Source: Phycisphaerales bacterium
Lineage (GTDB): Bacteria > Planctomycetota > Phycisphaerae > UBA1845 > G020352895
Length of the DNA stretch: 64,000 nt
Reading direction: 5' to 3'
NCBI GenBank assembly: GCA_020352895.1
Contig: CP070685.1
Location: 3,356,649 to 3,420,648, forward strand
The translations under genes were made by a program, and so were the position numbers. Positions 54,428 to 61,975 of this stretch are shown here, one piece after another. Position 1 is the first letter of the stretch. Each line of letters starts with the position of its first letter. The notes beneath the pieces were generated by a model that searched no databases, was not told where the DNA came from, and was given only the letters and a program-made list of their open reading frames with translations.

Positions 54428-55586
54428 ACCCTCGCACCCCATCAGCGTCGGCCGCGTGATCGCCGACGTGTTTGGGCCCATGGCCCCGCTCAATCTGGCC
54501 GAATCCTGGGACAACGTCGGTCTGTTGGCAGGAGCCGAGCAAGCCGCATGCACCGGCATACTCCTCTGCGTAGACTTGACCGAAGACGTCCTCGCTGAGG
54601 CCATCAAGCAAGACCTGAACCTCGTCATGGCCTATCATCCGCCGATCCTCAAGCCCATCACTCGGTTGACGTCCTCGAGCACCGGCACCGACCGCGTGGT
54701 CTGGCTGGCGGTGAGCAACGGCATCGCGGTCTACTCCATGCACACCGCCCTCGACGCCGCCGACGGCGGTACCAACGACGTGCTCGCCGGGATTATCGGC
54801 CTTGTCGATGTCGAACCGCTCAGCTACGCCCCGGCCGCCCCGGCAGAGAAGAAGCTCGTCACCTTCGTTCCCGCCGAGCACGTGGAGGCCGTCGCCGAAG
54901 CCGTCTTCCAGGCTGGCGCGGGCCGCATCGGCGACTACGAAAAGTGCAGCTATCGTCTTGCCGGAGAGGGCACCTTCTTCGGCACGGAGTCCACCAGCCC
55001 GGCCGTTGGCGAGAAAGGCAAGCTCGAGCACGTCCCGGAAATCCGCCTGGAATGCGTGGTCCCTGGCCACCGCCTTGCTCACGTCGTCCACGCTCTGTGC
55101 CGGACACATCCTTACGAAGAGCCTGCCTTTGACGTCTACCCGCTCGATCCGCCCCTGGCCGGAGTGGAAGGCCGCATCGGCCGGCTCCCCAAACCGGAAA
55201 CGCTCGGGTCCCTGGCACGGCGTCTGAGCAGGAGCCTCCCCGCCGCCTGCGCACAAATAGTGGGAAGGCCCAACCGCCGACTCTCGCGTATCGCCGTCTG
55301 CGTGGGCGCCGCCGGGCGTCGCACCTTGGAGAGTCCCGCCGCGACCACGATCGACGCCACTGTCACGGGTGAGATCCGCCACCACGACGCTCTGGCCTAC
55401 CTGCGGCGAGGCCAGTGCGCCATCGCCCTGGGGCACTGGGCCAGCGAGCGGCCCACCCTCGCCGTCCTTCAAGAGCGCATCAGCACCGCGGTCGGCCGGC
55501 TGTCCGTCCGTGTGGCCCGAGCCGACCGCGACCCCTTTGCGGCCGTCCCGGACGCGCGAGCAGCCGACGCCAAGCCGGCCACTTGA
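54411..55586 (+). CDS. Nif3-like dinuclear metal center protein (GTP cyclohydrolase 1 type 2 homolog)
   Basis: LNLAESWDNVGLL, MAYHPPILKP, the inserted PII-like cap domain, and a C-terminal TGEIRHHD motif. It overlaps the previous gene by 17 nt. Confidence 0.85.
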   Translation: MAGQSKPSHPISVGRVIADVFGPMAPLNLAESWDNVGLLAGAEQAACTGILLCVDLTEDVLAEAIKQDLNLVMAYHPPILKPITRLTSSSTGTDRVVWLAVSNGIAVYSMHTALDAADGGTNDVLAGIIGLVDVEPLSYAPAAPAEKKLVTFVPAEHVEAVAEAVFQAGAGRIGDYEKCSYRLAGEGTFFGTESTSPAVGEKGKLEHVPEIRLECVVPGHRLAHVVHALCRTHPYEEPAFDVYPLDPPLAGVEGRIGRLPKPETLGSLARRLSRSLPAACAQIVGRPNRRLSRIAVCVGAAGRRTLESPAATTIDATVTGEIRHHDALAYLRRGQCAIALGHWASERPTLAVLQERISTAVGRLSVRVARADRDPFAAVPDARAADAKPAT

Positions 55587-55645
55587 TCCTCACCTCCGCT
55601 TTTTGGTAAGCTCGTTATCGAACCCATCGCCCTGGTAGCACGCCG

Positions 55646-57010
55646 ATGCCAACAGCGCTGCGGCGCGCAAACAGGGCTGAACCGAGGAGCGGGCGCGACG
55701 TGAGCCTCGATGCCCATCAGCCAACGCCAACCGAGCAGCCAGGACCATCCGCACCGGTCCCATCCGCCTCCGCAGGCCAGGCCTCGACCCAGGACATGAT
55801 CGTCAGCCAGCACATCTTCGACCTCTACGACGGCATGCTCGGCGATGTGCGTATTCCCCGTGTTCTCCAGGATGTCGCGGAGGTCACCTGCCGCCGACTC
55901 AACTCCGAACGGGCCTCCATCTTCCTGATAGACCATGAAACGCAGGAACTCGAATCCGTCGGCGTCATAGGAAATGTCGCCCGCACCATTCGCGTTCCCA
56001 TCCGCAAGAGTTCCCTGGCCGGATACTGCGCTACCACCGGTCGGGCATTCGTGGTGCCCGACGCGTACGGCGACCTGACCGCGATCGATCCGGAGCTCCA
56101 CTTCGACGCGAGCTGGGACCGAATCAACAACTTTCGCACCCGCGACGTCATGTGCGCTCCGGCCCGCTTTAAGGACCAGATCATGGGCGTGGTCGAAGTG
56201 ATGAACCGGCGAGGCCGCCCGTTCCAGGCCACCGACCTGTCGCCACTTCAAACCATCTCGCGCCTCGTCGGATACGCTCTGTATCACGCCCGCTTGTACC
56301 ATGACCTCATGAACCTGAAACGCCTGGAGAAGGAGAAGGCCGAATTCATGCGCATCATGGTCCACGAATTGAAAGCCCCGGTTGGGGTGGCCAAGATGCT
56401 CGCCGACGGCATCAAGCACCATGAGCACGTGCATCCGGACATCACCCCCATCGCCACGCGCATCTCCAACCGTCTGGCCCAGATGCTCGAGATGATCAAG
56501 AAACTGCTCGAACTCGCCAAGGTGAAGTCGGGCGACCCCTTCGGCGAAGTCGCCGTCATCGACCTCGTGCCCGAGACCCTCGCTGGCTGCGACCCCTACC
56601 GTGAACAGGCCGAACAGAAGGGCCTCGACTTCGTCGTCAGCACCCCCGACCGCCCCGTCTGCATACGCTTCGACTCGCAGGGGTATCACCTGGTCCTGTC
56701 AAACCTGGTCTCCAACGCCGTTAAGTACACGGCCTCGGGCTTCGTTCACGTCAGCCTCAAGACCGACGAAGACTGGGCCGTGCTCGAAGTCTCCGACAGC
56801 GGCATGGGCATCCCCGAGGTTGACATCCCCAAGCTCTTCCGGGAATTCTTTCGCGCCTCCAACGCCAAAAGCAGCAAAGTCCAGGGCAGCGGTGTGGGCC
56901 TGGCGACCGCCAAACGACTGGTCGAGCGCTTTGGCGGGCAGTTCACCCTGCAAAGCCGCGAAGGCAAGGGCTCGACCTTCATCGTGCGATTTCCGCTGCA
57001 CTCCGAATAG
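55646..57010 (+). CDS. GAF-domain sensor histidine kinase (soluble, orphan)
   Basis: The GAF-like segment is SIFLIDHETQELESV.. The H-box is MRIMVHELKAPV. The HATPase_c boxes are NLVSNAVKYT, VSDSGMGIP and GSGVGLATAKRLV. The start could be the ATG at 55796. Confidence 0.8.
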   Translation: MPTALRRANRAEPRSGRDVSLDAHQPTPTEQPGPSAPVPSASAGQASTQDMIVSQHIFDLYDGMLGDVRIPRVLQDVAEVTCRRLNSERASIFLIDHETQELESVGVIGNVARTIRVPIRKSSLAGYCATTGRAFVVPDAYGDLTAIDPELHFDASWDRINNFRTRDVMCAPARFKDQIMGVVEVMNRRGRPFQATDLSPLQTISRLVGYALYHARLYHDLMNLKRLEKEKAEFMRIMVHELKAPVGVAKMLADGIKHHEHVHPDITPIATRISNRLAQMLEMIKKLLELAKVKSGDPFGEVAVIDLVPETLAGCDPYREQAEQKGLDFVVSTPDRPVCIRFDSQGYHLVLSNLVSNAVKYTASGFVHVSLKTDEDWAVLEVSDSGMGIPEVDIPKLFREFFRASNAKSSKVQGSGVGLATAKRLVERFGGQFTLQSREGKGSTFIVRFPLHSE

Positions 57011-57122
57011 CCTCGCTGCGGGGCGTGTGTCGGCCGTCACGTATTCGTTTGCCGGCAAGCGCACGGACCCCTACAATGCCCCGCAACAAGTAAATTCGCA
57101 CGGGTCAAAACGGACCAGTCAC

Positions 57123-57617
57123 ATGAGGCTGAAAGGCTGCAAGGAAGGACTCGCCGTGCTCATGATCGCCACTCTGTTATCCGGCGCCGGCGGCTGCGAA
57201 GGCCCCGCGTCCGGCCTCAACGACCTCAGCGCCATGAACAAGGCCACGATTACCATCAACAACCACACCTTCGAAGTGTGGCTCGCCCAGACGCAGGATG
57301 AGATCACCAAAGGGCTCATGCAGGTCGACAGCGCCGAACTCGCCCCCACAAAGTCCGGCGCCGAGCGCGGCATGTTGTTCGTTTTCGAGGACGACCGCCT
57401 CCGCGGCTTCTGGATGTTCAACACCCCGACGCCACTCGACATCGCCTACATCCGCAGCGACGGAACTATCGTCAAGATATGGACCATGCGGCCGCTGGAC
57501 ACGAGCACGTATCCTTCCATCGAGCCGGCCCGCTACGCGCTGGAGGTCCGGGCCGGCTGCTTCAAGGAACTCGGCATCTTCGAGGGTGACAAGGTCATCC
57601 TTCCGGAAGGGCTGTAA
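57123..57617 (+). CDS. DUF192-family lipoprotein
   Basis: The lipobox is LLSGAGGCEG. DUF192 hallmarks are FEVWLAQTQDEITKGLM, GMLFVFEDD..GFWMFNTPTPLDIAYI and YALEV.AG. The upstream part of the 56601 ORF overlaps the kinase gene. Confidence 0.8.
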   Translation: MRLKGCKEGLAVLMIATLLSGAGGCEGPASGLNDLSAMNKATITINNHTFEVWLAQTQDEITKGLMQVDSAELAPTKSGAERGMLFVFEDDRLRGFWMFNTPTPLDIAYIRSDGTIVKIWTMRPLDTSTYPSIEPARYALEVRAGCFKELGIFEGDKVILPEGL

Positions 57618-57957
57618 GAATCACGTTCGCCACCGGCGCCCGGTGGGCAAGTCAATCGCGCGGGAGCCAACGGCGTGGAAGATGAGTATGAGGCTCCCGG
57701 TTCCGGAGCTGTGCCCTGGACGCCAAGCGCAGCCCGGTAGGCACGACGCGGGCCGTGATACAGAATGAAACCGCCGATAGACGCGAATGGACGCCGACTT
57801 GATTCGATCACCGGGCATATCATCGGCTGGGCCTGCCCGGTCGCCAACGAGTTGGGCCGCGGGGCCTGTGGCGCCCCCGCAATCAGCGCCGAAAGCACCG
57901 ACATGCAGCGCGAAGATCCCGGAAAAGTAGAATGTCCCCCCTTTTTGGGAGGAGAAG

Positions 57958-58770
57958 ATGGGTAGCAAGCCAGTCTTTGTCGCGTTCTTGGCGACGCTCC
58001 TGTCTGGATTCTCAGGAGCTTGCGAGGCACAGGAAGCCAAGAAGCGCGTGATTACGAGCGGACCCTGGTCGGCATGGGTCGAATCAAGTCCGGCGACCGA
58101 CGCACCTCTTCGGGCTATACCATACCGGCAGGTTGTCTATCGCCGGGGACCAGGCGATGACGCCCCGGTGGAGATCTTCCGTGAGACTTCTGAAAGGCGC
58201 TTGACGATCTCCTTGGCCGCCGACGGCAGACTCTTGGTCAATCCTGTCGGGCAGGGACCGCGCGTATACTTCAAGGACCCCAAGCAAGTTGTCACGCTGC
58301 CACTGTTGCCTCCCAACCAATGGGACAAGGCGTTCCCGCCGTATTACCGATTGAACGGGGATGCGTGGTTCCTCGGCGACGTTCTCTTCTACGGTCGATA
58401 CGCGTATGTCGGGCACTACCTCATCGGCTTCGTCCGCTTCGCGCCGAACCGCGCTTGTATTGTTGAGCAACGGTTGGTCGCTGAAGTCATGGATGACCCC
58501 GGCCAGACAGTGGACAACGTGGACGGCGCAAGGTTCGCCAGTCCTGCTCCGGTTCGTGTCGGTGACTACGTGTTCTGGAGGAACCGTGGCGACGCCACAG
58601 CAGACCCTCCGTGGAAAGAACAAAGAACCTGGATTGTGGATTTGGAACAAGCCCGACTCTGCGACATACGGGAACTGGACAATGGTTTTGTCAACCAACA
58701 ACGCGACAAGCTTCGGGCTTTCTTGTCAGACGGGGGCCCAAATAAGCCGGACGCGGGCGACGACAAGTAG
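57958..58770 (+). CDS. exported hypothetical protein
   Basis: GGGAGGAG lies upstream of the ATG. The signal peptide is MGSKPVFVAFLATLLSGFSGACEA. I recognise no family. The gene looks more AT-rich than its neighbours by eye. Confidence 0.55.
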   Translation: MGSKPVFVAFLATLLSGFSGACEAQEAKKRVITSGPWSAWVESSPATDAPLRAIPYRQVVYRRGPGDDAPVEIFRETSERRLTISLAADGRLLVNPVGQGPRVYFKDPKQVVTLPLLPPNQWDKAFPPYYRLNGDAWFLGDVLFYGRYAYVGHYLIGFVRFAPNRACIVEQRLVAEVMDDPGQTVDNVDGARFASPAPVRVGDYVFWRNRGDATADPPWKEQRTWIVDLEQARLCDIRELDNGFVNQQRDKLRAFLSDGGPNKPDAGDDK

Positions 58771-58834
58771 CCGCGCCTGAGCCGTCACGTTCACATCACC
58801 GTAAGGTTGCTCCAAACACATCACACCCTGCGCG

Positions 58835-58878
58835 TTCCGGAAAAAATGGCCACATGTTTCCGGAAACTCCGGCCACAT
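58835..58878 (+). repeat. tandem 21-nt direct repeat TTCCGGAAA-N5-GGCCACAT x2
   Basis: TTCCGGAAAAAATGGCCACAT (58835-58855) and TTCCGGAAACTCCGGCCACAT (58858-58878) match at 17 of 21 positions. Each unit begins with the palindrome TTCCGGAA. A third GCCACAT occurs at 59112-59118. Confidence 0.6.
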
Positions 58879-58903
58879 CGATGGGGGCGCTGCTCGCCAT
58901 TCG

Positions 58904-58927
58904 TTCCGCCCTTCGGGCGGGAGTTTT
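58904..58927 (+). terminator. candidate terminator downstream of 57958-58770
   Basis: Stem TTCCGCC (58904-58910), loop CTTCG, stem GGCGGGA (58916-58922), followed by GTTTTC. Confidence 0.4.
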
Positions 58928-59034
58928 CGGAGGCATGAGCGGACAATGACGCTGGGGGCCAAGGGCCAGGGAGGCCCGAAGGCCTCCCTCGACGCCTCGA
59001 CGTGTCCGTCACCGCCCGGCCCGGACATCCCTGA

Positions 59035-59094
59035 GGGATTCGGAGGGATTCGGGGGACATAAGAGGGATTCGGCGGATTCGGATTCGGATTCGG
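59035..59094 (+). repeat. GGATTC(GG) microsatellite-like tract
   Basis: GGGATTCGGAGGGATTCGGGGGACATAAGAGGGATTCGGCGGATTCGGATTCGGATTCGG contains six GGATTCGG cores, three of them perfectly tandem as a hexamer. GGACATAA occurs twice, at 59054-59061 and 59096-59103. Confidence 0.8.
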
Positions 59095-59587
59095 TGGACA
59101 TAATACAAAATGCCACATTGGTGACACACTGAGCGTGCAGCAAGTCGGGCCGGGAAAAGCGATATTCTGCTTCTTTGTTGCGAGGCAGGTGAGGGGGCGT
59201 AGACCTTCAGCGTCAGGGCGCCGCGGGCATTGCTCGGGGCCGTTTGCTGACGCGGCCGAGCCAGCGTGATGGTGGGCGTGGTCACGCTACGGGCTCGGGA
59301 AGAACTTGGGGTCACCCATTAGAGGGCTCGTGTCAACCGCGCGCGGTTTCCCTGTTGGCATGTTTCTTTGCCTTGATCATTGAGCGTTCTGCGGCGTCTC
59401 GCAGCCAGCGCACCCGATACGCACCCTGGTCTTCGTTGGTTCGATGCCGTGCCACCGGCACGCAGCAGGTGCCCTTCAGGATCAAGGCTCGCCGGCGTTT
59501 CGTGCGCGCTCCGCCCGGCGCCGCGCAAACAAGGCGAGAGAGCACCCACGGGCGACCACTCATGCAAAGTGCGGGCGAGGCACCGTC

Positions 59588-61957
59588 TTAATCGCACAAC
59601 CCGGACGCGATCTGCTGGCCCGTGGCCAGGTCATACAGATCGACCCGCAGCTTGAACCGGCCGCGCTCCGGCGGCACGGGCAGCGCCCAGGCCATCTCGT
59701 GTTCCTCGTGCACGATCCGCCGCGGCTCCCAGTCCAGGCTCGACGAGGCCATGCCCCCCGCCGGCCGAACCGCCGACGCACTTACCGACTTCATCCCCCG
59801 CTCGGCGTCCACCAGTGCGAGCCCGATCCCCATGTCGATCCGCGGCGTCGACTCGACCCGCACATACGCGTCGACATACGCACGTCCATAACGCCGGCCC
59901 GGTTGTGCAACCTGGAACTCCCGAATGCGCCAACCCTCCAGCCATAGTCCCGGCATCAGCCGCACAGGTACCTCCAACGCCGCCCCTTCGGGGATCGCAG
60001 CCACGTACCGCACCGCACCGACTGCAACCGCGCCGCCGGGACGCAGCACGGCCACCGGCCCGCGCTCCTCCGCAACCGCGTAGCCGTCCGCCAACGTGCG
60101 ACGGTGATTCGACCGGACCTGCCTGAGATAACGCGGCAGGTTCAACCTCCCCCAATCGTCCGCATAATCCAGCACCAACACGTCCGGCCACCCGTCCACG
60201 TCCGGATCGAAGGAGGACAGCACCCTCACCTCAGCCGCCTGCACACAATGCGCTGCCATGCAAATCGTCGCGGCCACGGTATCTCGATCTCCGACCTGAC
60301 TGCGCACCAACTCCACGGCGTCTGCGCGCGAGGCCAGCCGATCCAGCGGAGTCGTCGCCCGCAACTGTGGCCACCAACCCATCAGAAACGACGCCGTCGC
60401 CGCCGCGCCGAGCAGCGCCCATGCCCTGTGATGTTGTTGCGGCCGCGCCACGCAGCTCAGCGCAATCCAGAACACCAGCACGAGCACGACGGCGTGATAG
60501 TGATACGCGATGCTCCGAAGCAGCGGGTCCTCCCACAGCATCAGCCACACCCCTCCCGGCAGCACCGCCACCCAGCGCCATCCCCCGCGCCACAGCGGAA
60601 ACAGCGCCACGCTCGCGAGCACGACCAGCACGAACATCAGCGACTGCCACGAGAACACGGTCCCCCAGAATGCCGCCGGCCTGAACAGCGGACTCAGAAG
60701 AACCTCCCAGATGTTCCCGCCGAGATATTCGAAGCGATGCTCGCCAAGATAGGAAGACCCGCCACGAAACGCCGGGATGATCGCACCCACGACCACTGCG
60801 AAATACGCCAGCGAAACGGCCAAAATCACGATGCCGTGCTTCCGGCGACCACCCTGTGACAGGAGCCCAAGGCCTATCCCCGCGTAGGCGAGAGCCACCG
60901 TCTCGCGTAGCGAGCACGCCAGCGCGGCCAGGATCGCCATCCAGACCCACCGCCCCTTCTCCATGCACAGCAGGCTTCCCGCCACGAGCGGTACGGCCAG
61001 CATCACCCCGTGGAACCCCCGGCCCATGCTGAATGCCATCTGCGACAAGCTGGGGAGCAGCAACCAGGCCAGACCGACTGCGGCTCCTCCCCGTGGGCTC
61101 AGGCCGCAACGGCGACCGTATGCATACCACACCAGCGCGGTGGCTGCGGCGGCCACGATCTGCGCCACCAACAGAAGCCGGACCGGATCAGTGATTGTGG
61201 CAAGCGGCGTCAGCACATAGAACCCTGGATTCAAATGATCCCAGAATGGCGGCACCGAAGGGTTCTCACGAAACGGTGCCGACCAGCGCAGCGTGTTCAC
61301 CAGCCGCGACGCAAAAGTGCCCGTGTCGAAGTAGCCTACGTGCCCCGCCGCGTACATGCCGAGGAGATTCGTCGAGCACGCCGCCGCGAAGGCCGCGATA
61401 CACGCCATTAAGAAGAGGAACGGCCACAACGATGATGGGCGATCCGGTGTCTGTCCTTCGCCGATACCGACGTGATGCCACGCCAGTGCGATCTTCCCGA
61501 CCGCCGCCCCGACAAGCGCCGCCGTCGTGGGAAGCATCACGAAATGCCCGCGGCCCCCAATTGCCACGATCAGGCCAAACAGACAGACCACCAGGGCAAA
61601 CGGGGCCATCGACCGGCACCGTGTACCGGCACTTGCCGCCCATGTCTCGCACGCACGCCAGCGCCCGGCCGCCCACCGCTCCAGGGTGCAAGCCGCTAAG
61701 CAAGCGCACGCCCACAGGCATACGCCCACAAACGCGGTATAGCTTGGCGGGCGCAAGGCGTAGTCGTACCCGGCCACGCGGATGTCGGCGCAGCCGATCC
61801 GAACCACTGCCCATCCAACGCACGCAAGAAGCACCCAGAATGCCAACGACCACAGTCCGGATCGCGCGCCCTGCGGTGCCGACTCAGATGACATGGCCCC
61901 GGTCATGCACGCATTATGAGTGAAATGCGTTGTCGAAGCGAATGGAACGCCGGGCAC
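59588..61957 (-). CDS. large polytopic membrane protein, DUF2079/GT-C-like, with C-terminal soluble domain
   Basis: About 500 residues contain many TM helices. They are followed by a segment resembling the DUF2079 tail (VLSSFDPDVDGWPDVLVLDYADDWG) and an extra beta-rich C-terminal region of about 200 aa. The exact start (MPGV, MTGA or MSSE) is uncertain. The family call is from memory. Confidence 0.6.
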   Translation of the reverse strand: MPGVPFASTTHFTHNACMTGAMSSESAPQGARSGLWSLAFWVLLACVGWAVVRIGCADIRVAGYDYALRPPSYTAFVGVCLWACACLAACTLERWAAGRWRACETWAASAGTRCRSMAPFALVVCLFGLIVAIGGRGHFVMLPTTAALVGAAVGKIALAWHHVGIGEGQTPDRPSSLWPFLFLMACIAAFAAACSTNLLGMYAAGHVGYFDTGTFASRLVNTLRWSAPFRENPSVPPFWDHLNPGFYVLTPLATITDPVRLLLVAQIVAAAATALVWYAYGRRCGLSPRGGAAVGLAWLLLPSLSQMAFSMGRGFHGVMLAVPLVAGSLLCMEKGRWVWMAILAALACSLRETVALAYAGIGLGLLSQGGRRKHGIVILAVSLAYFAVVVGAIIPAFRGGSSYLGEHRFEYLGGNIWEVLLSPLFRPAAFWGTVFSWQSLMFVLVVLASVALFPLWRGGWRWVAVLPGGVWLMLWEDPLLRSIAYHYHAVVLVLVFWIALSCVARPQQHHRAWALLGAAATASFLMGWWPQLRATTPLDRLASRADAVELVRSQVGDRDTVAATICMAAHCVQAAEVRVLSSFDPDVDGWPDVLVLDYADDWGRLNLPRYLRQVRSNHRRTLADGYAVAEERGPVAVLRPGGAVAVGAVRYVAAIPEGAALEVPVRLMPGLWLEGWRIREFQVAQPGRRYGRAYVDAYVRVESTPRIDMGIGLALVDAERGMKSVSASAVRPAGGMASSSLDWEPRRIVHEEHEMAWALPVPPERGRFKLRVDLYDLATGQQIASGLCD

Positions 61958-61975
61958 CGTTACGCCCCGACGTCA

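Noticed and set aside
59035-59094. A CRISPR array.
   Set aside because: The repeat unit is only 6-9 nt, with no spacers of unique sequence, and no cas genes are in the window. It is a microsatellite, not a CRISPR.
59333-59563. A 76-aa basic ORF directly downstream of the DUF2079-like gene. It could be a transposase remnant, because AYRVRWLRDAAERSMIKAKK loosely resembles the Y-x2-R-x3-E-x6-K signature of IS4/IS701 DDE transposases.
   Set aside because: The acidic residue and spacing do not fit (D instead of E, K one position off). No DDE core or inverted repeats are present, and the match is too short. It might equally be a real small basic protein or non-coding. This is left unresolved, and tblastn against ISfinder would decide it.
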